Source: Malacoraja senta
Taxonomy: Eukaryota
Direction: 5' to 3'
DNA: 64,000 nucleotides
Assembly (NCBI GenBank): GCA_038087875.1
Contig: CM075996.1
Coordinates: 10,418,001 to 10,482,000, forward strand
Shown: piece by piece, positions 24,653 to 37,455 of the stretch
How positions within the stretch are numbered: the first letter of the stretch is position 1
How the letters are laid out: the number at the start of each line of letters is the position of its first letter
Position numbers and translations under genes: made by a program
The notes under the pieces: model-generated
What the model saw: only the letters and a program-made list of their open reading frames with translations
Databases searched by the model: none
Told to the model about the DNA's origin: nothing

Positions 24653-26344
24653 TTCATCGTAGCAAAAGCTGGACTTTACGAATTTAATGTATTGTTCATT
24701 GATAACAATAATTAAGAGGACATATGTGTGCTTTGCATGTATATGGCTTGAAATATATTGGTATATTATTATATTAGTACATTATTAATAGTATGTTGGT
24801 GTAAATTGATTATTATATTAATATATTATTATATTGGTTTAGGAAGCAAGGCTTATCACACCCTAAAGGGCATTGCTGCAGCCAGCTAAGCCCGCTAGTA
24901 AAACGTACAAGGAATGTAAGGAGGATTTATGTGCTCACTTCTGGCCAAGACCAACAGAAATAGTGCAAAGATATCGATTTTATACATGTACACAAGCAAA
25001 TGAAACAATCCCTCAGTTCCTAGCAAAGCTTTGACAGTTAAGTGATGGGTGTAATTTTAAGGAACTGGAGAATATGCTAAAGGATAGGTTGGTGGTAGGA
25101 TGTGCAGATGTTACCATCCAGCGTAAACTGTTGGTTACAGCGAAATTAACCTTTGAGAACGCAGTCAATATGGCGACAGTGATGGAGGTTGCTAAACAAG
25201 ACGTAGAGCAGATCAAGAAGATCGGAAGGCCTCAAGATGATTTTACCTCCATCCATCAGCTTCAAAGGAAGGAGCCTGGACTAAAGAAGACAAGGAATCC
25301 ACCAAGGGCATCCAGAGACAAGGTTCAATACTCCAAGAAGTGCTGGAGATGTGGCGGCAGCCATGAGCCAGCGACGTATACATTTAGAGATGGTAGGGGC
25401 TTCAGGTGCTCGGGAACGGGTCACACCAAAAGCCAGTGTGATGCTGTTAGAGCTTACCAGCAGAGGAAGGGACGATTCCAGAAAAAAGCAAACCACTTGG
25501 AGGAGGCTGCTGGGAATTCATCAACCATGAGCCACTTGGAAGATGAATCGATCAACAAGTTGACGAACTCTGATTCGTATACAGCCACTTTGATAGTGAA
25601 CGGCAGGGAAGTACAACTAGAAGTTGACACTGGAAGTCCGAAGAAGTCTTCAAAAAACTCGGTCAGGACCCCAGACTAGATCCCTGTAGCGTCAAGCTGA
25701 AATCCTACACAGGCGAGAAGGTTGACATTTACGGACAAGCAGCGGTACAGGTACAGTTCGAACCTCACAGGATTCCAGAAACGCTGACCTTAGTAGTAGT
25801 AAAGAAAGGTGCAAGCCTATTGGGAAGAGACTGGTTGAGGAAGTACCCTGGATTGCTGTCAAATCTAGCCAGCCAGAACACACCGGATTTAAGCCTAAAT
25901 CCACTGAGTAGTATTCACAGTTTGCAAGATGCCATGAACACAGTACTCAAAAAACACGCCAAACTGTTTGACAACAGCACCTATGGAGTACTGAAGGGAT
26001 ACCAAGCCAAAGTGTATCCACAAGACGAAAACAGTGAAGCAAAGTTTTACAAGGCAGCCCTGTTTCATATGCTGCTAGAAAGCAGATTGATGCCGCTTTG
26101 GATGACTTGCTGCAGGATGGCATTATCAAGCCGGTGAAGACAGCAGATTTCGCATGCCCGATCATAACTGTTCCGAAACCGAATGGGAGCATGAGAGTCT
26201 GGCAATTACAAGCTCACAGCAAATAAGGTGTTGAAAGTGGAACAGTATCTACTACCAACTTTGGAGGATCTGCTGCAGGAACTAGAAGGAGGAGAAAAGT
26301 TCTCCAAATTAGACCTCTCCCATTCCTATCATCAGATAGAGTCA

Positions 26345-26540
26345 AGGGCCTGTCCCACTTGGCCGTCATTTGTGCGCCATTTACTCGACCTCCAAAAATG
26401 TGGTCGTCGTATTGTGATGCACGGGTAGCGTGTGGGTAGCGCGGGACGGACGCATGGAGAGGCGTGGATTTGCGCGCGGTATGGCGCGGTGCTCCAGGAT
26501 TTCGCGCTGCACGAAATCCTCGCGCTCCACCTGCGTGACA
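26345..26540. mobile_element. One-ended PIF/Harbinger-like MITE
   Basis: Begins AGGGCCTGTCCCACTTGGC, the same terminus as the complete MITE at 62866-63096. CpG-rich. Confidence 0.7.
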
Positions 26541-27474
26541 AGTCTGTTTCCAGCACCAATACATAACAGGAAATCATGCTTGAATTTTTCTTCTGGAATA
26601 ATCTTCTGGAATTTTTTGAGGAAGTGGAATGGATAAGGGAGAGCCAGTGGATGTGGTGTATCTGGACTTTCAAAAGGTCCCACGCAAGAGATTAGTGTGC
26701 AAAATTCGAGCATGTGGTATTGGAGGTAGGGTATTGACATAGATAAAGAACTGGTTGGCAGACAGGAAGCAAAGAGTAGGAATTAACGCGTCCTCTTCTG
26801 AATGGCAGGCAGTGACCAGTGGGGCACCACAAGGCTCAGTTTTGGCACCCCAGTTATTTGTAACATATATTAACGATTTAGACGAGGGAATTAAATGCAA
26901 TCTCCAAGTTTGCGGATGACCCACAGCTGGGTGGCTGTGTGAGCTGCGAGGAGGATGCTATCAGGCTGCAGGGTGATTTGGCATAGGTTGGGTGAATGGG
27001 CAGATGCAATATAATGTGGATAAATGTGAGGTTATCCACTTTGGTGGCAAGAACAGGATGGCAGATTATTATCTGAATGGTGTCAAGTTTAGGAGAAGGG
27101 GAGATGCAACGAGACCTGCGTGTTCTTGTCCATGAGTCGCTGAAAGTAAGCATGCAGATACAGCAGGCAGTGAAGAAAGCTTCATTGCGAGAGGATCTGA
27201 GTTTAGGAGCAAGGGGGTCCTACTGCAGTTGTATAGGACCCTGGTGAGACCGCACCTGGAGTATTGTGTGCAATTCTGGTCTCCTAATTTGAGGAAGGAT
27301 ATTATTGCTATTGAGGGAGTGCAGCGTAGGTTCATCAGGTTAATTTACGGGATGGCGGGACTGTTGATCATATTGAATGGCTCGAAGGGCCGAATAGCCA
27401 ACTCCTGCACCTATTTTCTGTCTCTATCATTTTGAATGGTGATGCTGCCTCAAAGGGCCAAATGGCCTACTCGA

Positions 27475-27850
27475 GCTACTAGTCGTGGAAAAAAGCTGTC
27501 TTTATGTCTGGCTGTGGCAGCTTTGACAGACCCGAGTCGCCTTCCAGAGGGAAGTGATTCAAAGAGTTTGTGGCCAAGGTCAGATGGGTCAGAGATGATC
27601 TTGCCCGCTCGCTTCCTGGCCCTTGCAGTGTACAGTTCGTCAATGGAGGGAAGGTTGCAGCCAATAACCTTCTCAGCTGATCAAACGATTCGTTGCAGCC
27701 TCCGTGTGTCGTGCTTGGTGGCTGAGCCAAACCAGACCTTGATGGACAAGGTGAGGACAGACTCTACGATGGCCGTATAGAATTGGACCATCATTGCCTG
27801 TGGCAGATTGTGTTTCCTCAGCTGGAAGTACATCCTCTGTTGTGCCTTTT
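27475..27850 (-). mobile_element. Rex/Babar-like LINE 3' fragment
   Basis: Minus strand reads MVQFYTAIVESVLT.SI.VWFGSA and ends ..RHKDSFFP. Same family as the insert at 62254-62489. Confidence 0.75.
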
Positions 27851-27984
27851 TGACTGTTTATTGTGTTTACAGCCTGCTGTGCTGCTGTTGAAAGTAAGAA
27901 TTTCATTGTTCCATATTTTAAGGGCATATGAGAATAAAACACTTGACTCTTGGGATTAGTGTTTTATTTGCTGCCAAAACTCAG

Positions 27985-28525
27985 TGCGTTTTGGTCTCCA
28001 AATCTGAGGAAAGACATTCTTGCCATAGAGGGAGTACAGAGAAGGTTCACCAGACTGATTCCTGGGATGTCAGGACTTTCATATGAAGAAAGACTGGATA
28101 GACTCGACTTGTACTCGCTAGAATTTAGAAGATTGAGGGGGGATCTTATAGAAACGTACAAAATTCCTAAGGGGTTCGACAGGCTAGATGCAGGAAGATT
28201 GTTCCCGATGTTGGGGAAGTCCAGGACAAGGGGTCACAGTTTAAGGATAAAGGGGAAATCCTTTAGGACTGAGATGAGAAAAACATTTTTCACTCAGAGA
28301 GTGGTGAATCTCTGGAACTCTCTGCCACAGAAGGTAGTTGAGGCCAGTTCATTGGATATATTTAAGAGGGAGTTAGATGTGGCCCTTGTGGCTAAAGGGA
28401 TCAGGGGGTATGGAGAGAAGGCAGGTACAGGATACTGAGTTGGATGATCAGCCATGATCATATTGAATGGCGGTGCAGGCTCGAAGGGCCGAATGGCCTA
28501 CTCCTGCACCTATTTTCTATGTTTC
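27985..28525 (+). mobile_element. CR1 LINE 3' fragment (young subfamily)
   Basis: Open FWSPNLRKDILAIEGVQRRFTRLIPG...GYGEKAGTGY* plus 3' UTR. Confidence 0.95.
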
Positions 28526-28999
28526 CTGCATTTATGTTTCGGGGGGAGCGAGAGAAAACCGTCCTTTGAGTCGCAAGGAATTCTGAAAGCCACAGTGGGG
28601 GTGTTGTGTTTGCCAGAATTTGCAGCTGAAGGAGATGAGACGGAGCCGTTCACACCTTTTGTTTGTTTGCTTTTTTTCCTCTGTGTAATTACATGGCTCA
28701 GTGGCTGTGCTTCCCTTGGAGAGGCTGCCTTGCCTGTATTTGTGAGACGCAGGCAGGCAGGCCTCACCTCACAGGGTTCACTCTTTTTTGAAACCCTTCA
28801 ATTTGTGCTCGCCCCTTGCGATCAGGACCCACCCCAACCCAACGGTGGTGTGAGCATTGGATTCTCCAATTTGAGGTCAAAAGGCAACAGCCCGCCCTCG
28901 TCTCTCTCTCCCTCACACCGTGTTAATATGATGATAATAGTGACATTTAACAAGCGCTTAACAATGACAGTTAACAGATCATTTTCTTCTCTGAGGAAT

Positions 29000-29320
29000 G
29001 TTTGACGGCACTGGGCCTGTACTCTCTGGAGTTTAGAAGGACGAGGGGAGATCTCATTGCAACTTAGCGAATAGTGAAAGGTTTGGATAGAGTGGATGTG
29101 GAGAGGATGTTTCCACTAGTGGGAAAGCCTAGGACGAGAGGCCATAACCTCCGAATTAAAGGACGTTCATTCAGGAAGGAGATGAGGAGGAATTTCTTTA
29201 GACAGAGGACGGTGAAACTGTGGAATTCTTTGCCGCAGAAGTCGATGGATATTTTTAAGGCAGGTATAGATAGATTGATTCTCGATTAGTACGGGATAGA
29301 TCAGCCATGATGGAATGGTT
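29000..29320 (+). mobile_element. CR1 LINE 3' fragment
   Basis: KGLDRVDVERMFPLVG..RTRGH..LWNSLPQ. Confidence 0.85.
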
Positions 29321-29369
29321 GAGTCTTTGACAGTTTCTGTACATGGACCTTACAGTGGGCATGTGGGCC

Positions 29370-29623
29370 GCGCTCTTGACAAAGGGCGGAACGGGGCCCG
29401 AGGGGCCGAGTGGCCTGCTCCCATGGGTGGCCCCAAACCCTCCGCCGCTCGAGTAACAGGGCCGCAAGAAACGTCGTCGCTCGCTCGCAGCCGAGTGGGC
29501 TCGGCGTGACAGAGAAGTGGTCGGTGCAGCCCGCCTTCCTTCCTCTCTCCCTCCCCCCCTCCCTCCCTTCCTGCTGCGGCAGCCAGCCTTGTGCCTGTGC
29601 CCGTGACGTCACCACAGGTAAGC
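29370..29623 (+). promoter_or_regulatory. CpG-rich candidate promoter / non-coding first exon with splice donor
   Basis: CpG-dense unique sequence, full CRE site TGACGTCA at 29604-29611, and consensus donor CAG|GTAAGC at 29615-29623. Confidence 0.45.
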
Positions 29624-30042
29624 ACCATCCCTCCCGTTTGATTGGAGGGATTGCAAGAGTTTTACATATTCAGGGCAAAGTTTGAGGAAAATGGGTGGGG
29701 GGAGGCAGAGCGTGCGGGTCGGGGGGAGAAACACCACCAAACAGCGGCGGCTCGGAAGCGGGAGGGCAGGCAGGATGCGAAAGGGTGCACGCAGTTGCAG
29801 GTACGTACAAGTTTGTAGGTGAATTGGCTTCAGTAAAGATTGTAAATTGGACTTCCGGTGGCGCCATGTTGGACTAACAGACGTGCACCTAGCTCCTCTC
29901 CCGAAAAAATTCACGATTTATCGTGTAAAACGGGTCCAAAAATCGGGATTGTTTTTAAAAACCTTACCGGAGCTTCTGGTCGCCGCGCTGATGACGTCAT
30001 CACTAAGCGCGATGTTTTAAACGGTGGTTTGAAGCCCTTTAA

Positions 30043-31338
30043 ATGAGTAAACTGTCTCCAGCTGTGAGCCCTCAGAGAGCAGTGAAAAAGCTGCTGTAAG
30101 ACCAGAAGAAGTCTGAAGCAGAAGTTACCTCTGAAGTCTCTGAAGTCTCTGAAGTGGCTGCAGAAATGGATACAAGATCTAAGAAAGAGTTTGATGACTG
30201 GAAGAAATCAGTGAAAAATATGAAAGATGAGATTTTGGACGAAAATAAAATTATGATGGAAAATATGAAGGAAAATATGAATGAAGATAAAAAGGAAATG
30301 AAGGAAAATATGAAGGAAGATAAGAAGGAAATGAAGGAAAATATGGCAAAAATGATGGAAGGAATGGAGAAGATGATGAGGGAATTAAATGCTGGTAACC
30401 AGAAGAATATGATTGATTCACTGGACATTATGAATAAACGAATTGATGAGGTGAAAGATGGACTATCAGAGAGAATGGACAAGATGGATGAAACTAATAC
30501 AGATAAGTTCACGGCTGTGCTTGAAACAGTAGCTGCAAGTATGCGCACAATTACGGAATTGGAGAAAAACACTGCTCGAATGGTTGAAGACATGGCGAAA
30601 ATGAGGCAAGAACATGAGCAAATGAGGCGAGAAAACGAACAAACTTCACTACAGATGGTGACTCAACTGGAGAAAGTCTCAGTCAAATGCCTGGACCTGG
30701 AAGCTCGCTCTAGACGCCAGAATTTGAGAATTCTTGGAGTTTCAGAGGGAGCCGAAGGGGAGGATGTACGTGAGTTTGCCATGGGCTTGCTTAAACAACT
30801 GCTGAATCTTTCCAAAGAACCGAAAATCGAAGTGGCTCATCGTGTCCCAAGATTTAAACAAAGATCTGGTGCGGGAAAAACTTATCCACGACATATTATT
30901 GTGAAATTTCGGGACATTTTAGAACTGGAAGATGTTATGAGTAAAATCAAATACGGTGTGCAACTGCGGCTGGACAATGATACTATTAAGATATTCAGGG
31001 ACTACCCGTATGAAATTGTGCATAAAAGAAACAAATTTGAGAAGGTTAAAGATCTTTTAAGAGGGAGAGAAGGGATCAGATTTGGGATTTTTTATCCCGC
31101 GAAAATGCGTATTTCCTTTAAGGGTCTTGAAAAGTCATTTGTTAAGCCTGAAGAAGCGTTTAAATATGCTCTATCGTTGAAAAATAGAAAGGAAAGGGAG
31201 ATCTGTACCATTTTAAGCAATGCTTTGTCTGGGGATAGTTACACTGTTATCTTCGGAATGTTGAATCAAGGACACTTTCTGTTCAAAACGAGTAAACAAC
31301 TGAACAGATGGCAATGGTATATACCAGAAAGCATATAA
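30043..31338 (+). pseudogene. L1 ORF1p (coiled coil + RRM), with an in-frame TAA at 30097-30099
   Basis: DLEARSRRQNLRILGVSEGAEG, IEVAHRV, PRHIIVKF, IFRDY, FGIFYPAKMRI. The ATG at 30043 is in frame with the 30154 ORF. Confidence 0.85.
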
Positions 31339-32013
31339 TTGCTTATTAGATTATAATATTATAACCAATTGTAAGAACATATCCTATTAACAACTTAATA
31401 AGTTATGCATGTTAGATTAGAATACTAATAAAAACAAAAATAAAAAATAACGAACTAACATACTAATATGAATTTTTAATAAACTGAAACCTTATCTATA
31501 AGTGGGAGGAGGGGATGAGAAACGAGCAACTGGCTTAGGTCCAGGGGCACGTCTCGTTAACCCCTTCAACCATCAGTTGATTCTTATTGAAGTCAAAAGT
31601 ATCGGTTTAATAATCAGTAGTTAAAAATCCGATATATATATATGTTACAATGAAACATACAGGGTAAAAGTGTATTATATATTTGAATGTGAGGCCCCGT
31701 TTTAATATTATAATATGTTATGATTAACCAAGAGAGCGGAGCTATTTGTGTAACAACGCAATGGAAGTCAAAACAAGGTTTTTTCCCACCTACAGGTGGG
31801 ACACTCGCTACAGTGCCGACTATATCAGACACTGTATCTTCACTTTTTTAGTTTTTTTTTTATCACATAAAATCACTTGTTTGTGTTTTGTGTTTAGTGA
31901 TAAGCGTAAAATGGACATAACAGCAAAACTTAAAAACTCAAAAGCTCCCCCAATACCTAAAGACCTGGGATTTGGATGCACCACAAGATTTAAAGGTACT
32001 ATAATTATTCAAA

Positions 32014-35000
32014 ATGCATGACACCACACAAAAGAACCTAGGAGGAATCTCATTTTGTAGTTGGAATATAAGAGGTATTAACGAACCTATTAAAAGGGGT
32101 AAGATACTAGCTCAGCTGAAATTGTACAACTCCGACATTATCTTCCTACAAGAAACACACCTAAAATCTCAGGATCAAGTTAGGTTGAGGGCGAAATGGA
32201 TAGGTCAAACATACCATTCTTCATTTACTTCAAAATCTAGAGGCACGTCAATCATCATAAGAAAAGGTATACCATTTAAAGCAAAGAATATTATAACAGA
32301 TATAGAAGGGAGATACCTAATAGTTAATGGAGAAATCCATGATACTCCACTTACTTTGGTAAATATATATGCCCCTAACTTTGATAACCCCCACTTTTTC
32401 AATAAAATTTTCAACATAATTGCAGAGTCAAACTATCAAAATGTTATAATAGGAGGAGACTTTAACTGTGTTTTAGATCCGTACTTAGATAAATCAAGTC
32501 AAAAACAGAGAGGGAATATGAAATCGAAAACTGGGGAACTTCTCAATACCTATATAAACAACACTAATATAGCAGATGTTTGGAGAATTGTTAATCCAAC
32601 TGGCAGGGAATACTCGTTTTACTCAATGGTACATAAGACATACTCACGTATAGACTACTTTCTGCTGGACACAAAATTAATCCCCCAAACATCTAATGCA
32701 ATATACCACACAAACTCGATTTCAGACCATTCTCCACTAACTTTCTTTTTAAAACTGGAAGGATTGTCTAAGAATAAATCGTTTTGGAGATTTAATTCTC
32801 AAATTCTAAAAGATCCACAAGCGAGTATATATTTAAAAGAACAAATGGAGGTCTTTTTTCAAATAAATGATACTCCAGATATATCGCCTACTGTACTATG
32901 GGAATCTTTTAAAGCATACATTAGGGGTATTATAATTTCATATCAAGCTTTTCAAAATAAAAAGAATAAGAATGAACAAAGACAGTTAGAAGAACTTATT
33001 AGACAAATGGATATAGATAATGCTAAAGATCCATCAATAGATAAACATAATAAAATAATAATTTTGAAATTTAAATTAAATAAATTATTATCTGCCAAAC
33101 TTATAAGACTTTTTCAAATTACAAAACAAGAGCACTTTGAATTTGGGGATAAACCGCATAAACTTTTGGCTCGCCAGCTAAAAAAACGAGAAAAGGAACA
33201 TACTATACCAAAGATCAAATCAGATAAAGGGGAATTATTAACAACAAAGGATATTAATAATAGATTTGCGCAATTTTATGAGAATTTGTATACATCTAAA
33301 ACGACAATTGATTCCAATAATATCACAAAGTTCTTGGATACCTGTAATCTTCCAAAGTTAGAACTGAAGGAACAAGAGGAACTGGGTGCACAAATCTCAA
33401 TTAAGGAATTAGAAGATACAATAAACTCACTAAAGAATGGAAAAACACCAGGCCCTGACGGATTTACTAATGAATTTTATAAAAGCTTTTACGATAAAAT
33501 AATACCAAGATTACAAAAAATGTACCAATATGCTTTTAAAAAACGAATACTACCTGATACATTAGCGGAATCAACGATTACATTAATACCTAAGAAAAAT
33601 AAAGACTTAGAAGAACCTGGTTCATATAGAGCTATAGCATTGTTAAACACAGATCAAAAAATATTAGCGAAAACATTAGCTAGAAGATTAAGTAAATACA
33701 TTAGTAAATTAATAAACCCAGATCAGACAGGGTTTATCCCCAAGAGATACTCTTCTAATAATATGAGACGTCTACTCAACATAATGCACTCACACAAATC
33801 TGAAGATCAAGAATTATCAATTATTTCGCTGGATGCTGAAAAAGCATTTGATCAAGTAGAATGGAATTATATGGACAAAGTATTACAAAAATTTCAACTG
33901 GGGGAGAATTTTATTCTATGGATCAAGTTACTATATAACAAACCTACAGCTAGAATACTAACTAATAATATATTATCCTCGAAATTCCAACTATCAAGGG
34001 GAAATAGACAAGGATGCTCATTATCACCACAACTGTTTGCTCTCATTATTGAACCGCTAGCAGAAAAAATTAGAATACACCCTGATATCCATGGATATAA
34101 TACTAAAGATTCATATAATAAAATATCTTTATACGCGGATGATATATTACTGTACATTACAAAACCTCAAATCACTATACCAAATATATTAAATTTAATT
34201 GAAGATTTTGGATCTTTTTCTGGATATAGAATAAATTGGAATAAAAAGTGAAATTATGTCAATAAAACTGAAAGATTCAACACATCTTTTAAAATTCCCT
34301 TTTAAAATAGCTACAGAAAAATTTAAATATTTGGGAATCGAAATTACCAGATCATATCAAGGTATGTTTAAGGCAAATTTTGACCCCTTACTTAATAAAT
34401 TAAACACACTAATTAAATGCTGGAAAACGCTCCCGATGTCTTTAATAGGCCGAATAAACGCAATAAAAATGATCTTTTTACCACAAATTTTATACCTATT
34501 TCAATCAATTCCTATATACTTACCAAAGAAGTTTAAAAAAAAACTCGACTCAGATATCACTAATTTTATATGGGACTATAAATCACATAGAATACAAAAA
34601 ACTCATCTGAATAAACCTAAAGTATTAGGGGGTTTAGCACTACCTAATTTTATGTATTATTATTGGTCAGTAAATATTAAAAATATGATTCAACTGATGG
34701 ATAACTCCGCCCAGCAAGTGGACTGGATTGTAATGGAGAAAGAGGATTGCTCCTCTAGAAACATTGGAGCGATCCTCCTCTCTCCAATGAAATTGAATAA
34801 CATAAATTATAATAAGAACCCAATTATTCATAGTACAATCCGAATTTGGAAACAAATAAAACAAAATTTAAAATTAAGAAATTTATCACTTTTATTACCT
34901 ATAGTCAATAACCCTTCGTTTAATCCTTCTATTATAGATAAAGCTTATACACAATGGGATAGATTAGGAATTAAAACGCTTGGTGACTTGTATGAAACTG

Positions 35001-35800
35001 GAAAATTACTTTCATTTCAACAATTACAAATAAAATATAAACTCGGAAATAATCAATATTTTAAATATTTTCAAATATGCGACTATTTGAAAAAATATAC
35101 AAAAGATCATCATAATAACCCAGCAGATGTACTGGACGAGGCAATGCAGATAAAAGCGGAATCAGCAAACTTAATATCATATTTGTATAATATTATCTTA
35201 AATGCACAAATACCATCTACGGAGGGTATCAGAAGAGACTGGGAACAAGAGTTAGCTATTAAAATTTCAAAGGAAAGTTGGAATGAATACTTATTAAACG
35301 TGCATAAATGCTCGATTAATGTAAGACACACTTTAATACAATTTAAAATTTTACATAGATTATATTATTCGAAAACTAAAATTCATAAAATTTTCCCAAA
35401 TGTATCATCTATTTGTGATAAATGTCAATCCCAAGAAGCTACTATAGCGCACTCATTCGTTTCTTGTACAAAAATTCAAAAATTTTGGAATGAAATTTTT
35501 GAAATCTTTACAAAGTTATTTAAAACAAGACTGATACCCAAAGCAGAATGGATTATCTTCGGTATAACGGAAGATGGTCCAGAACTAAATGTGTTTCAAA
35601 AGAAACTAATGGACTATGGGTTAATAACTGGAAAAGAGCTAATTCTAAAATTTTGGAAGAAGGCTCCAATACCAACTATAAATATGTGGATTTCAAATAT
35701 GTTTGAAACACTACACCGAGAAGAGATAAGACTCCTAGCAGGTAAACCAGATCACTTCCACCTGACGTGGTCTGCATTTATAGAATTATTACAAACATAG
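32014..35800 (+). pseudogene. L1 ORF2p (APE endonuclease + RT + Cys motif), one frameshift at ~34248
   Basis: SWNIRG, GGDFN, RIDY, SDH; PGPDG, LDAEKAFD, RQGC, YADD; CDKC..H...C. The two ORFs join as INWNKSEIM if one A is removed from the A-run. Confidence 0.95.
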
Positions 35801-36462
35801 GGTGCAAAAGTAATTAAAAAAAAAAAATTGAGGTCAGGTAAGGGGGGATGATAGTTGAAGAGTTGGTATGTCCCATTTACATAATGCTCATAAAAATATT
35901 TGTTTCTCTCTTTTTCCTCTTTCTCTCTTTCTTTCCTAGGGTCTATTTCTTAACTCTTTTTCTTTTGTTTTTAATTTTGCTCTTATAGGGTCTTCGTCCT
36001 TTTTTGTTGTCACATTTCCTAAACTTCCACATTTTCCTTCACTTTCTTCTTTCTTTCAATCTTTTCCTTTTCTAGTGTAAAAAATAAATGGAGTACATTA
36101 ATTGTAAGAAGATATAAATGACAAGTACTAATGTATGTGGTTGTAATGTAATGTACTTCTAATAAAATACAAATTTAAAAAAAAAAAAAAAAAAAAAAGA
36201 TTGTAAATTGTCCCTAGTGTACAGGGATCGCTAGTCAGCGCGGACTCAGTGGGCCGGAGGGCCAGTTTCTACGCAGTATCAACAAACTAAACTAAACTCC
36301 CCTTTTTTATCCTCTCTCTTCAGTGCTAGATGCCCTCCTTTACCTTGTCTGTCTGCACATAATCCGTTTCCCCTCCATTCCCTGCACATCCTCATATCTA
36401 TCCAAATGTCTCCTAAATGCCACTATCGTACATGCCTAACCATCAACCCCTGGCAGCATTTT

Positions 36463-37455
36463 CATAGAAACATAGAAAATAGGTGCAGGAGTAGGACATT
36501 TGGCCGTGCGAGCCAGCACTCATCAATATGATCATGGCTGATCATCCAGAATCAGTATCCTGTTCCTGCTTTCCCCCCCCCCCCCCACATCCCTTGATTA
36601 TGTTAGCCCCAAGATCTATATCTAACTCTCTCTTGAATAAATCTAGTGACTTGGCCTCCACTGTCTTCCGTAGCAGAGAATTCCACAGATTCACAACTCT
36701 CTGGCTGAAAAGGTTTCTCCCCATCCCAGTCCTAAATGCCCTACCCCTTATTCTTAAACCGACCCCTAGTTCTGGACTCTCCCAACATCAGGAACAATTT
36801 TCCTGCATCTAGCCTGTCCAATCCCTTAAGAATGTAATATGTTGCTATAAGATCCCCTCTCGTCATTCTAAATTCCAGTGAATACAAGCCTAGTCGATCC
36901 ATTCTTTCATCATATGTCAGTTCTGCTATCCCGGGGAATAACGTGGTGAACCTACACTGCACTCCCTTAATAGCAAGATTGTATTTCCTCAAATTAGGAG
37001 ACCAAAGCTGCACACAATATTCCAGGTGTGGTCTCACCAGGGCCCTGTACAACTGCAGTAGGACCTCCTTGCTCCTATACTCACATCCTCTTGCTATGAA
37101 GGCAACGTGCCATTTGCTTTCTTAACTGCCTGCTGTACCTGTATGCTTACTTTTAGTGACTGGTCTCGTTGTACCTCCCCTTTTCCAAAACTGACACCAT
37201 TTAAATAATACTCTGCCTTCCTGTTCTTGCTACCAAAGTGGATAACCTCACATTTATCCACATTATAGTGCATCTGCCCACCCACCCTATCCAAGTAACC
37301 CTGCAGCCTCAAAGCATCCTCCTTGCAGCTCACACTGCCACCCAGTTTTGTGTCGTCCACAAACTTGGAGATGTTACATTTAATTCCTTTCTCTAAATTG
37401 TTCATGTATACTGTAAATAACTGGGGTACCAGCACAGAGCCTTGCGGCACCCCAT
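36463..37455 (-). mobile_element. CR1 LINE 3' fragment
   Basis: [34 protein letters not shown], with tail at 36463-36480. Confidence 0.9.

Larger units (their letters stand above)
22753..26568 (+). mobile_element. Gypsy LTR retrotransposon, deleted and degenerate
   Basis: 5' LTR TG..CA at 22753-22903. PBS TGGGGACGAGGATG at 22907-22920 resembles the complement of the tRNA-Ser(GCU) 3' end. Gag with CWRCGGSH knuckle, protease LEVDTGS, RT start FSKLDLSHSYHQI. Last 28 bp of the 3' LTR at 26541-26568. TSD GCAAA/GGAAA. Confidence 0.85.
21470..27420 (+). mobile_element. CR1 LINE split into three parts (21470-21750, 22660-22752, 26569-27420) by nested insertions
   Basis: CR1 sequence is colinear across the gaps: GGGGAAGATG|CTTGAGTCCATTATAAAAGAT and CATGGATTTATGATGG|GGAAATCATGCTTGA. 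Confidence 0.85.
29850..36195 (+). mobile_element. Full-length L1-clade LINE inserted in an HE1-like SINE
   Basis: Perfect 15-bp TSD AAAGATTGTAAATTG (29835-29849, 36196-36210). CpG-rich 5' UTR, ORF1, ORF2, AATAAA at 36161 and a poly(A) tail. SINE halves lie on both sides. Confidence 0.95.

Noticed and set aside
24319..24657. Repetitive ORFs (LASRAGFAGFTGWLCWLHG)
   Set aside because: Translation of a 22-bp tandem repeat.
28454..29005. 183-aa ORF
   Set aside because: Starts in a CR1 3' UTR, has no recognisable domain and no convincing exon structure.
30072..30593. 173-aa hydrophobic antisense ORF
   Set aside because: Mirror of the purine-rich repetitive ORF1 coiled coil, with no independent evidence.
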